A stretch of 64,000 nt of DNA from IMG/VR virus record IMGVR_UViG_3300007513_000013, positions 32,001 to 96,000 of that record. One strand, written 5' to 3'. This document shows, piece by piece, positions 26,130 through 35,980 of this stretch. Made by a program: the position numbers and the translations under genes. The notes under the pieces are model-generated. The model did not search any database. It saw only the letters and a list, made by a program, of their open reading frames with translations, and was not told the DNA's origin. Source of the stretch: a virus. How positions within the stretch are numbered: position 1 is the first letter of the stretch; each line of letters starts with the position of its first letter.

Positions 26130-29100
26130 AAAAAAAGAAAATCACCATCAAGATGAACGAATCAAAAAGCAAATTACCATCAACTTTAAGTAAAATAGGC
26201 AAACCTAGACCACCAGGGCCATCGCTTAAGCTACCAGTTATTAGGCCTGATTTATTAAAAATTGGCAGCCCCACTATTTCAAACACTCCACGAGCAGTAG
26301 ATGCGCCACTTGAGGGTGAATTTGTATATAAACCTTATGATCCTGATGTATTAAAACCAGAGGTGCATTTGATGCCGAAGCCGCCGGAGACACCTGATCT
26401 TGCGCGCGGGAAGCAGCCTGATTACGATTGGCTGGAAAGCGAGGTTACACCTGCGGCACCAGTAGAAACTCCAGTTATAGAGCCGTGGGAGTCGCCATTA
26501 CGTTTAGACGACCGACAGCCATTAATGGCAGCCAGGGAAGAAGAAAAGCTGGTTAATGGTTTGAAAAATTTTCTTGCGAAAGAATACTCAAGCGGCCGGT
26601 ATAAGGAAAAATGGTTAGATGCCGGGGTACCAGAAAAAGTGTACGATGAGCTTGTTTTGCCGCGCGTAATAAAAAAAATCAACGCCACGCCAATAATTAT
26701 TTCAAGTCAAACACCTGATGGGCTTAACCCAGAAATATGGGAGAGGGCTGGTGGCGTATATGCCCCGCCGGGTGCAACTGGGACACCATGGGGGAGCGTA
26801 CAAATAAGAACACCATCAGATATAGCAAAATATTCCACCGGAGGCATGTCGACCTTGGGAACACTGGCTCATGAAGTTGGCCATGGTTTTTCTTATGATC
26901 CATATTTGGTTGCAATTTACAACAAATTCAGAAGTGCTCCTAATCCTGCGCAAGAGTTCCTAGCAAACAAAGCATTAGTTAGGAGCGGCATACCGGCTGA
27001 AATTATTCCGTATCTCAAATCGCACGGCTTAAGTGCAGCGCAGCAAGGTCTTTATCGTTACTACCCTCCGGAGCATGCGCAATCCATTTATATACCAACT
27101 GCTACACTGGCTCAAATGCAGGCTTATGAGCTAGATAGTTTACTTGATCTTGGTCAGCATGGCGGCCAGATTGGAGACCGTCTAACACCTGGAGAATTGC
27201 TGGGTTATAAATGGGCGCAAAATTTTAAAAAATATCGTGCTGGAGACACTTCTCCAGAAGTGAAGGAAGCTGCTCTTCAGGAATATAAATGGCGAAGCAA
27301 TATAGAGGAAATATATGCAGATGTAAAAGCAGTTGATGCTATTTTAAAGCGCCCAATGACAGGGAATGATATTAGAGAAACTTGTATGGGAGTTCGTACT
27401 GTTGGTTCGGCTGCAATAAATGCTGTCCCTTCGTTTAGGGATTTTTTAAATTGCAAACACCCTGAAAAGGCTGCTTCTATATTCAACAAAATAGTCCAAA
27501 TCGGCATTGCTGGTACTGGTGCTGCAGCTGTTGGTGCTTCCGAGGGAGATGGATCACAAAGCTTAAAAGAAGATACACAAAATAAAATAAACAAAATTAT
27601 TTCTGAAGAAATTGAGAAAATGTTGTTAGAGGCACCTGTGATACCCGCTTCTTTTGCCGATTATTTAGATACACCGCATGCAGCTGCTCTTCGAAGAAAA
27701 ATGGACTTCTTAGGTTCAAAACATTCTCTCCCCTACCCTCAAAGCATGGACGTACGCCCGAAGGAAGAAATCGGTGGTGGTTATACAGACGAATTTGGCT
27801 TGAAGCATCAAAAAGGTTCACAGCGCGTGACGCCCGGAGAGCAACTTAAGCACGAAATTGCAATGGGCGGCATGAACTGGAAACAAGGTGTCCCGGGATA
27901 TTATTTACCATGGGGCGGCCCTAAAGATCCTAAAGATCCCCGCGGGGCGCCAAGAGGTTGGATATATCAAGGGCCCGGAACACGAGAAGGTGGGGGTTCC
28001 ACACCGGTTCCTCCGCAAAGAATGGGCGGCTCTAGTGCTCTAAAAAAAGATCCGAGTGGTTATTTTCAAAGATTTGGAAAGGGCAAACGAACTTGGTCTG
28101 GTGTGCCAAGAGGAAAAAATAAAGGACTGAGATATGGCTACATTCCCGGCTCAGAATTAAAGGCGAAAGTGGACGAATACACCAAAACGAGAAACATACA
28201 CAAAGATCTAGAAGACGAAACGTGGCAAAATTACAGAGGCCGCTCAAGTTTTTTCAGTGAAGATTCCGGAGATTTAGATGGTCCGATTGTTCGCTCATAT
28301 CAAGATCCAAAAACAGGCAAGTGGCATCAAACCACAATTGTACCGATGGCAGATCCATATAGGCAGGGACCGGATCCCAGTAAAGAGGGAAAGTCATCAT
28401 GGTTAGATCTGTTTACTGGTGGCGGATCTGGTGTGGGATGGACTGGCATGCCACACACTGGTCCAAGCGCATCGCGGCAGCTAGAATTAAACAAAGAAAG
28501 AATGCGTCGGTGTGCAAATGATCCTAAATGTCTTGATAAATTAAAATCAAAATGGGAAAAATCTAAATATTTCCCTGGAGCAACAGAAGGGTTCGGAAAT
28601 CTTCCTCTCATGTGGCCTGGATGGGAACAACTTACAGATTATTGGACCGGAATACAGTCGCCCGGAACGCATCGTGCTGCCCTACCAGATGAAAGCAGTT
28701 ATCTACGACATTTGGGTGTACCCAAGAAAGCTACACAAAAGGTTTTTAATAAAAAAGATTGGCATTATTTAAACGACAGAGAGAAAGAGGTCGCTAGTTT
28801 TAACTATTGGGAGCGCAAAGAGAATAAAGATAGAATTCCTGAACTTTTGAAAAAACAAGAATCTGGTGATCTTACCGATAGAGAAAGACTGGAACTAAAA
28901 GGGTTAACGTATGTAAAGGAGTTTAGTAAAATCGCAGACAAATACAAAAAAGCGATGGGCCCGGGCTATGAATATTCTAACCCTGCATATGCAGGTGACG
29001 TTCCTTATCAGTTTAATCTTTTCACAGATCCTATAGAAGTAACTCCAGCCGGTATACCGGCCATGCTTTGGAGAGGGCTAGCCAAGGGAGGCTTACGGAA

Positions 29101-31114
29101 TATGTACAGATCATTGAAAAGTGGACAGCCTATGCCAACTGGTTTAGGTGGCGAAATTACCCCAAGGCTGGCTCATTGGTCAGAATCTCCGGTGTTGGCG
29201 AGGCTAGCTCCAAAAACAATAGACGCGGCGCAGTCTGCAGAGCTAATGCGCCAGGCGAAAGCCGCAACTGATCCTACGCAGTTGGCCAAAGGAGCAGTAG
29301 TTGGGCCCGGGGCACTTCCGGGTGGTGAGCAAATAATACGTCCATATGAAATACCAACGCCCAAGGGGCCAAAGCCGTTTGAGCCGGTAAGAGTCGACGT
29401 AGAAAAAAGCGAAGCCTTTAAACACATTCATCAACAAGTTAAGGCTTTAAAAGATTGGCATCAAGCTAATTTTGGTGCAAGGAATTCGGTCGAAATTGAA
29501 AATATCAAAAAAGGAATAACACAACAAGCGGTAACTGGTAGGCTTTATGACCTAGAAGACCTCAAACATATAATCATCGATCTTAAAACTAGTGGCGGTT
29601 GGGCAAGAAATCCATTTGCGGAGCTTTCACAAATAAAATATGATCCTAGGTTACTTGAAGAATCCTTAGACAGCTTGAAAAACGTTGTTCTAGGAAAATT
29701 ACAGAGTTTATTAAACGAAGACAAAGATATAGTTCTGGAAGAAATAAAGCCGCCCAAGCCCTACAAACCCAAGACTGTCAATTATAAATTTTCGTTTGGA
29801 AGAATTGGAGAGGAGCCTTTAGAAGAGCGTGATGGCGACAAACTTCATTATGGAGCATCGATGAATAAGCCTGTTTTGGCTTTTATCAATCTTGTTCTGG
29901 CCAAAAGAAAAGTCAAGCAACAGCAAACAGGAAAACCAATTAGAGCGCTAACTGATAAAGAGCTTTCAGATTTGATTACATATACAAATTACAAAGGTGG
30001 CTCAAATAAGGTTAATAGAGCTTTAAGCAATCTTCGTTATAATCCAAAAAATCCAAAAAACGATAGAGATTACTATAAAAAACTCAGCAAACAAGTAGGA
30101 ATAACACAAGAACAAACACGAGAAATGTTAAAAGAACTTGAAATTGATAATGTAATTGGTGGCGTTCGATGGGGTGGGGCGAACAACAGGCAATCGCCGC
30201 GGGGTTATAGCCAATTCATGTCTAAAATGCTACAATATAAGTCCAATCCGGATTCTGAATTTCATGATGAGGCCACTAAAGTATTATATTATATGCAACA
30301 CCGGCATGACAAGAGGAATACTGGTGCAAAAGGTTTAAAAAAATATTTAAATAAAAGACTAGAGAAAGAAGGGTATGGCAAAGATGCCATACAAACAATA
30401 TATGGAAAAGGCGGATATGTAAAGGGTACCCTAAACTACTCCATCGTTATAAATGATAAATATGTCCTATCTTTGTATACAAAGTCTAAAAAACCTAAAG
30501 CATCTTCATATAAAATGAGACCAGACTTACATAAGATATCGGCTGATATTATCTTACGTAACCTCGATCCAGAAGAGTTAGGTGTTGGTGGTTATGATCG
30601 ATTAAAACAGGACACGGAAATAGAAGGCTGGAATCAAAGAGAGATGGATAGAGTAGAGAAACTAGCTACTTGGGATGTTATTTCACCAGAGGACATGATG
30701 TCTGCACAAAAAATTGATGCACTAGTACCTCAAGAGGTGGACAAAGCAGTTGACCTAGATAGAGCAGAAGAGGAGCCAGATCTGCCATTGAGCAAAGAAA
30801 GACTAAATGAAGAAAAGCAACATATTGCGGTTGATATTGTACTAAAGTATAATAACGACTTTTCATTCTATGGCTATGTGTTAAATCAAATTAGAGCAAT
30901 TGATGGAATTACAATTGCAAAGGCGGATGAAGCTGGTGTTGTAGATGTTTCGCCCGAACGTCAACAAATTTTATTGCACCTTAAGTTTATGCCAATTGGC
31001 TCACTTTCACGTTATTTTTGGTATCTAAAAAATGAGCTAAAGAAGATACAGGATGCCAGTGGCGACAAGATCGACAGTGTACAAATTCGCGGAATCCCAC
31101 GACAAATAGATTAA
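26126..31114 (+). CDS. Giant modular protein (1662 aa): zincin module, low-complexity modules, beta-lactamase/PBP-fold module
   Basis: AHEVGH...EEIYA; ASMNK (SxxK), SNKVN, GKGG; internal KIISEEIEKMLLE linkers. Confidence 0.8.
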   Translation: MKKKKITIKMNESKSKLPSTLSKIGKPRPPGPSLKLPVIRPDLLKIGSPTISNTPRAVDAPLEGEFVYKPYDPDVLKPEVHLMPKPPETPDLARGKQPDYDWLESEVTPAAPVETPVIEPWESPLRLDDRQPLMAAREEEKLVNGLKNFLAKEYSSGRYKEKWLDAGVPEKVYDELVLPRVIKKINATPIIISSQTPDGLNPEIWERAGGVYAPPGATGTPWGSVQIRTPSDIAKYSTGGMSTLGTLAHEVGHGFSYDPYLVAIYNKFRSAPNPAQEFLANKALVRSGIPAEIIPYLKSHGLSAAQQGLYRYYPPEHAQSIYIPTATLAQMQAYELDSLLDLGQHGGQIGDRLTPGELLGYKWAQNFKKYRAGDTSPEVKEAALQEYKWRSNIEEIYADVKAVDAILKRPMTGNDIRETCMGVRTVGSAAINAVPSFRDFLNCKHPEKAASIFNKIVQIGIAGTGAAAVGASEGDGSQSLKEDTQNKINKIISEEIEKMLLEAPVIPASFADYLDTPHAAALRRKMDFLGSKHSLPYPQSMDVRPKEEIGGGYTDEFGLKHQKGSQRVTPGEQLKHEIAMGGMNWKQGVPGYYLPWGGPKDPKDPRGAPRGWIYQGPGTREGGGSTPVPPQRMGGSSALKKDPSGYFQRFGKGKRTWSGVPRGKNKGLRYGYIPGSELKAKVDEYTKTRNIHKDLEDETWQNYRGRSSFFSEDSGDLDGPIVRSYQDPKTGKWHQTTIVPMADPYRQGPDPSKEGKSSWLDLFTGGGSGVGWTGMPHTGPSASRQLELNKERMRRCANDPKCLDKLKSKWEKSKYFPGATEGFGNLPLMWPGWEQLTDYWTGIQSPGTHRAALPDESSYLRHLGVPKKATQKVFNKKDWHYLNDREKEVASFNYWERKENKDRIPELLKKQESGDLTDRERLELKGLTYVKEFSKIADKYKKAMGPGYEYSNPAYAGDVPYQFNLFTDPIEVTPAGIPAMLWRGLAKGGLRNMYRSLKSGQPMPTGLGGEITPRLAHWSESPVLARLAPKTIDAAQSAELMRQAKAATDPTQLAKGAVVGPGALPGGEQIIRPYEIPTPKGPKPFEPVRVDVEKSEAFKHIHQQVKALKDWHQANFGARNSVEIENIKKGITQQAVTGRLYDLEDLKHIIIDLKTSGGWARNPFAELSQIKYDPRLLEESLDSLKNVVLGKLQSLLNEDKDIVLEEIKPPKPYKPKTVNYKFSFGRIGEEPLEERDGDKLHYGASMNKPVLAFINLVLAKRKVKQQQTGKPIRALTDKELSDLITYTNYKGGSNKVNRALSNLRYNPKNPKNDRDYYKKLSKQVGITQEQTREMLKELEIDNVIGGVRWGGANNRQSPRGYSQFMSKMLQYKSNPDSEFHDEATKVLYYMQHRHDKRNTGAKGLKKYLNKRLEKEGYGKDAIQTIYGKGGYVKGTLNYSIVINDKYVLSLYTKSKKPKASSYKMRPDLHKISADIILRNLDPEELGVGGYDRLKQDTEIEGWNQREMDRVEKLATWDVISPEDMMSAQKIDALVPQEVDKAVDLDRAEEEPDLPLSKERLNEEKQHIAVDIVLKYNNDFSFYGYVLNQIRAIDGITIAKADEAGVVDVSPERQQILLHLKFMPIGSLSRYFWYLKNELKKIQDASGDKIDSVQIRGIPRQID

Positions 31115-31189
31115 TTATTTTTATAAACTAAAGAAAACGCTTGTTTTTTTGTTAAGTTGTGTTATACTTATATATAGAGGGCTTGTGCG

Positions 31190-33334
31190 TTGTTTATTAA
31201 AAAGCTACTTTCCTTAATACTTTGTTTCTTTATAATTTTATTTTTTATCGTTTCATGTACAGATGAACAAGGAGGGGGCAGTGGGAAAAATGATGAAGAT
31301 TTATATGCGTACCCCGAAATTTCTACAAAAGATACTTCTGAAGATTCTGAGGATGTATCTGAATCTGAAGACGCGACTGAAGAAGTAGAAGAAGATACCT
31401 ACTCTGTTTGGACCGATCCTTGTGTTGACTGCGCTTGGTATTTTTGTGGCAACCTAGATGTCATATGGCAAAAACAAATTTGTATCAATAACTGTGATGA
31501 TCCCCCTACAATTGTTTTTGAAGGTGAGTGCGAAGAGCACTTAGAATGCAATCCCGCACAACTAATTTTAGAAGCAAACATTCCATGCACAACAGAAGAT
31601 GGATATCCAGGCACAAAAGACAAGCTTTGCAACAAAGGGCAAATACAATATACAGACTGTAAATCAAGCTGCTCAGAGGAGATCTGTGACCTTTTAGACA
31701 ACGATTGTGATGGTGACATCGATGAAGGCGTAAAGAACGCTTGTGGAGAGTGTGGGGACGTCCCAGAGGAGGTTTGTGACTTCATAGATAATGATTGTGA
31801 TGGCGTAATTGACAATGGTGTCGCAAATGCGTGTGGTGGATGTGGAAAAGAACCAGAAGAGATATGTAATGGAATAGACGATAATTGTGATGGTGAAATT
31901 GATGAAGGTCAATTAAATGCGTGTGGAAAATGTGGACCAGTTGATGATGAAATTTGTGATGGTATTGATAATGATTGCAACGGATTGATTGATGAAGATT
32001 TGATAGGAAAGTGTTCTACAGACTGTGAAGAAAATTTAAAATATTGTGTAGGTGGTCAGTGGATATGTACAGCAAAACAACCGCAACCGGAAGTATGTAA
32101 TGGATTAGATGATGATTGTGACGGAAAAGCAGATGAAGGCTTAGATTGCTTGTGCACAATACAAGACATTGGTGTTTTATTTCCATGCCAAGAGGGTCCT
32201 TTGGTTTGCGGTGCGGGATATAAGACGTGTGAATGTGTTGATCCCAGCGATCCAACATGTGCCGAACTGCAGTTAACAGAGTGTTTAGCTGTATGTCATT
32301 GGCTTCCACAAACTACTGCACCCGGGACAATTTGCGATAAATATTTAGGTGAAGTAAAGCCAGAAGAATGTAATAATCATGATGACAACTGTAATCAACA
32401 AGTGGATGAAAACTTATTTGCAGGTTGTTATAGTGGGCCGCCAAAAACAATGTATGTTGGAATATGTATACCAGGCGAAATGACGTGTTCTGCGGGCAGT
32501 TGGGGCAATTATGATGATAACAATCAATTCATTAAAAAACTGTGCTTAGGAGAGGTTACGCCGGAGCCAGAGGACATATGCAATGGTACAGATACAAATT
32601 GCGACGGTAAAATTGATGAAGACAAAGAATTAGAGCCTACAGACATATTGTTTATTGTTGATTTGTCTGGATCTATGGTTGAAGAGATTAATGCGGTCAT
32701 GACTGCTCTTAATAAGTTTGCAGCACACTACAGTGATTCCGATGTAGTAAAATGGGGCTTAGTTTTTACAGCGGCGCAAGATCCAACATGGAGCGAGCGC
32801 GTTGTTTTGCAAACAGACCTAGTTGATTTTCAAACCTTTGTTAACACATTCCAAAACTCTGGCTTTAGTCTAACCGGAGGGAACGAACAAAATTATGATG
32901 CAATTTACCTAGCTATTCATAATTTGGTTGCAGACGCCGATCTTCCTTATAAAATCTCTGATTTACAATGGGGCTGGGGATCTGTCGAATCAGTACCTCC
33001 CAAGGACCAATGGAACATTAGTTGGCGTGATGATGCAAAGCATGTCATAATTTTATTTTCCGACGAAGAAGGTCAATCTTATTTGACACCGGCACTCACT
33101 GAGGCAGATATGGTTAATATGATTAATGCTGCTGATGAGTTGGCTGTATATACTTTCACTTCTCCGATGGTAATGAGCAGTGGGTGGGGGAATTCTTACG
33201 TACCGCTGGCTCAGGCAGGCGTTGGTGGAAAAGTTTATGAATTAACGATGAAGGCCATTGAAATGTATAACAGTCTTTTAGAAATTCTAGATGAGACTGC
33301 ATGTGGAAATAGCGTAAAAAATAATAATCCTTGA
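31190..33334 (+). CDS. Lipoprotein with Cys/Asp-rich MopE-like repeats and a C-terminal vWA domain
   Basis: IVSC lipobox; at least 7 E(I/V)C(D/N)GxD(D/N)xCxGxxDE repeats; DLSGS MIDAS. Confidence 0.85.
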   Translation: MFIKKLLSLILCFFIILFFIVSCTDEQGGGSGKNDEDLYAYPEISTKDTSEDSEDVSESEDATEEVEEDTYSVWTDPCVDCAWYFCGNLDVIWQKQICINNCDDPPTIVFEGECEEHLECNPAQLILEANIPCTTEDGYPGTKDKLCNKGQIQYTDCKSSCSEEICDLLDNDCDGDIDEGVKNACGECGDVPEEVCDFIDNDCDGVIDNGVANACGGCGKEPEEICNGIDDNCDGEIDEGQLNACGKCGPVDDEICDGIDNDCNGLIDEDLIGKCSTDCEENLKYCVGGQWICTAKQPQPEVCNGLDDDCDGKADEGLDCLCTIQDIGVLFPCQEGPLVCGAGYKTCECVDPSDPTCAELQLTECLAVCHWLPQTTAPGTICDKYLGEVKPEECNNHDDNCNQQVDENLFAGCYSGPPKTMYVGICIPGEMTCSAGSWGNYDDNNQFIKKLCLGEVTPEPEDICNGTDTNCDGKIDEDKELEPTDILFIVDLSGSMVEEINAVMTALNKFAAHYSDSDVVKWGLVFTAAQDPTWSERVVLQTDLVDFQTFVNTFQNSGFSLTGGNEQNYDAIYLAIHNLVADADLPYKISDLQWGWGSVESVPPKDQWNISWRDDAKHVIILFSDEEGQSYLTPALTEADMVNMINAADELAVYTFTSPMVMSSGWGNSYVPLAQAGVGGKVYELTMKAIEMYNSLLEILDETACGNSVKNNNP

Positions 33335-33367
33335 CAAAAACAAATTAATATATAAGAATAGTAATAT

Positions 33368-33763
33368 ATGAAAAACATTAAACTTAATAGCATATTGAAA
33401 ACATGCGATGATTCTAAAATTGAAACCTACATTAACAACATACCAGAACCTTGGAGTCATAATAAAAAAATAGCAGTACTGCTTATAACACTAGCCATAT
33501 TAAATATTTTTGATGCATTGTGCACGCAACATCTTATTTCTGTGGGTGGAATGAAAGAGTTTAATCCACTTATGCTGAGTTTGCTTAAAATGAGCGATGG
33601 TATATTTATTTTTGCAAAGCTGTTTGTTGGCTTCTTAGGTATTGGAATTCTATGGCGTTACAGAGAAAATATTTTAGTATATCTATTAACAATTCCTCTT
33701 GTAATGCTATATACTTTTATTGGGGCAATGCACATAGCTTTGCTTATACGATACTATCAATAA
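33368..33763 (+). CDS. Membrane protein, DUF5658-like
   Basis: LNIFDALCT...EFNPLM with several TM segments. Confidence 0.75.
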   Translation: MKNIKLNSILKTCDDSKIETYINNIPEPWSHNKKIAVLLITLAILNIFDALCTQHLISVGGMKEFNPLMLSLLKMSDGIFIFAKLFVGFLGIGILWRYRENILVYLLTIPLVMLYTFIGAMHIALLIRYYQ

Positions 33764-33778
33764 AATTGGAAATTAAAT

Positions 33779-34045
33779 ATGAAAACTACTATAAAATATG
33801 TGGTTGCTAGCGTTTTAGCTTTTGCTATAGGCGCTAGCGGAGCTTATTATGCAACTACACACAAATATGAAGCCAAGATTGTGCAACATCAAAAGACCAT
33901 TGATGACGCTGCAGCACAAATTAGTTCTTTTTGTGAAGGACAGAAAGTTGGAGACATAAGGATTACTAGGGCTCTATGTGGCGATGTTAAAGAATATTGT
34001 CTCTGTGTACATCCAGATAAATTTCGCGCAGATTTTCATCAATAA
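33779..34045 (+). CDS. Small secreted/membrane protein
   Basis: N-terminal TM segment, four Cys. Confidence 0.65.
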   Translation: MKTTIKYVVASVLAFAIGASGAYYATTHKYEAKIVQHQKTIDDAAAQISSFCEGQKVGDIRITRALCGDVKEYCLCVHPDKFRADFHQ

Positions 34046-34105
34046 CGTTCTGTTATAATGGTATAAAGCAATTGCTTAAACTATTTATTTACAGAGGTTT
34101 TTTGT

Positions 34106-35977
34106 ATGTCGTCCAAAAATGTATATACTCTTTTCAAAACATTGCGTGAGTACCTTAGTGAAGAAACGGTACAACTAGATATATCCTTACCAGAAGAAGA
34201 AAATGTCGGAGAAATTGAAGCCAAAGAAGCTCGATGGGTCGATAACTTATCTGATAGTGACCCGGGCGTATTCAATTTAAAGCTAGTAAAATCACAATTC
34301 AAGTCTCCCAAAAAAGATATGCTACAGGAACAGGGTTTACATGGATTTGACTTGCCATGGGCGTGGAAAGATAAAATATTAGCACTGGCTCCGCCTGCAG
34401 AACCTGTGGATTCAGTTCCGGGCGGCGTGATTCTTCCCGGACCTCAAAAAGCCAAAGAAAATCCACTCAAAGGCACAGATTTGGAGCACATCCAGCCAGA
34501 AGTGACACACCCAAAAGAACTGGCTGGTCAATATATAATAGAGCCTTTCGAAATCACTGCTCGTTCTAAAGAAGAGCAAGATAAAGCATATAAAGACTCA
34601 CTTAAACAAGTTTTTTTACCGCCGTCCGGACTGAAAGATTCTTCTGAGACGGGATATACAGCCGGGCGTAAATGGAGGCAATATGGAGAGTCGCGAATGG
34701 CGCGAATGTTGACTGATGTTGCACAAGAGTGGAAAAATAATCAAGAAGATTTAGTCGACGAAAAGGGAAGGTGGGGCCCCATTGAATATTGGGATGTGTC
34801 CAAAAAGGGAGGGGGCGAGTTTCCACCGCATGTCAGCCACCAATCAGGGAGAGATGTTGATATCGCAACGTTTCTCAAATCAAAGGCCCGCGGCTCTGCT
34901 AATATGGCCACCATTAGTACCGTTGATATGTATAGGATGTATAGGTTGGCTGAAATGTATATTAATTGGTCAGCGGATAATCCGGAGCCGCACTGGATTG
35001 ACAAAGAAACAGGACTAGCTAAAAATCCGATGGTGATATTCTGGAATCAAGAATTAATTGATGCAACAAGAAAATGGGCAGAAAAAAAACACAAAGTGAA
35101 TGGTGAGTGGGTATACAAAAACAATGTCAGCGAAATGACCAATGATGCAATGTTTGGCACGTGCACAAAACGGAATTCTCGGGAGGAGTGCGTAAAGCGC
35201 AAAAAAACATCTGATGTTAACAGGGGGCCGCGGACGTTTCGTCATGAACCTGGACATGCAAACCATTATCATATACGTACAGACCGAAGTTATGGAAAAA
35301 GAAACAAAATAAGATATGCAAACAAAGGTGAAAAACCATCTGTTTATATGCCTCCGCCTGAGCCGGAAGGGTTTGATCCAAAGGTGCGCATGAAAACTGC
35401 AGAGGATGAAGCAAGAGAATGGAAATGGAACGACAAGACACAACAGTGGGAAAATATGTTTGAGGGCGGCGCGGAGCAGGTTTATAACGTAGGCGGCGGA
35501 GGGCGGCCAGATCAAACAGTCCCAGTACCAGTGCCGACGCAAAAACTGTCGACGGTGCCCCCCAGTAATAAAATTAAAAAAGCGGCAAAAAAGAAGAGGC
35601 GGCACCGGGGCGTTTTTAAAAAGGCACCTAGTGGGCCCGAGACTATGAAAAACCTTATTAAGAGTGGGATATATGGGCCATTGGATGAGCAGATGGGGGC
35701 GCCCATGGATCCTATTCAGCAACAAATTCAAATGTCCGTAATGGCAGCACAAGAACAACTCGGTCCTTTGTTTGGTCAGTTGCAAGGAATGATTGTGCAA
35801 ATGCGCACTTTAAACACCCCAGCAGCCAATCAAGAGGTAAAAAAGCAAACTAATAGAATTGAACTAATTACTAATGACTTAAACGACGGAGATATTGATG
35901 TCATGGCCGCAATTGGTCAATTGGGTAACATTGCAAACGACATGGGCAAGAAAATGCAAAAGTTAACACAAGGGTAG
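34106..35977 (+). CDS. Modular protein with a MepA-like murein endopeptidase domain
   Basis: DVSKKGGGEFPPHVSHQSGRDVD and HANHYH zinc ligands of the LAS/MepA family. Confidence 0.85.
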   Translation: MSSKNVYTLFKTLREYLSEETVQLDISLPEEENVGEIEAKEARWVDNLSDSDPGVFNLKLVKSQFKSPKKDMLQEQGLHGFDLPWAWKDKILALAPPAEPVDSVPGGVILPGPQKAKENPLKGTDLEHIQPEVTHPKELAGQYIIEPFEITARSKEEQDKAYKDSLKQVFLPPSGLKDSSETGYTAGRKWRQYGESRMARMLTDVAQEWKNNQEDLVDEKGRWGPIEYWDVSKKGGGEFPPHVSHQSGRDVDIATFLKSKARGSANMATISTVDMYRMYRLAEMYINWSADNPEPHWIDKETGLAKNPMVIFWNQELIDATRKWAEKKHKVNGEWVYKNNVSEMTNDAMFGTCTKRNSREECVKRKKTSDVNRGPRTFRHEPGHANHYHIRTDRSYGKRNKIRYANKGEKPSVYMPPPEPEGFDPKVRMKTAEDEAREWKWNDKTQQWENMFEGGAEQVYNVGGGGRPDQTVPVPVPTQKLSTVPPSNKIKKAAKKKRRHRGVFKKAPSGPETMKNLIKSGIYGPLDEQMGAPMDPIQQQIQMSVMAAQEQLGPLFGQLQGMIVQMRTLNTPAANQEVKKQTNRIELITNDLNDGDIDVMAAIGQLGNIANDMGKKMQKLTQG

Positions 35978-35980
35978 ACA

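Noticed and set aside
29750-30580. Antibiotic-resistance gene
   Set aside because: Divergent KTG motif, no signal peptide, embedded in a giant protein; resistance not supported
33331-33360. Sigma70 promoter before 33368
   Set aside because: Good TTGACA but no convincing -10 at 17 nt spacing
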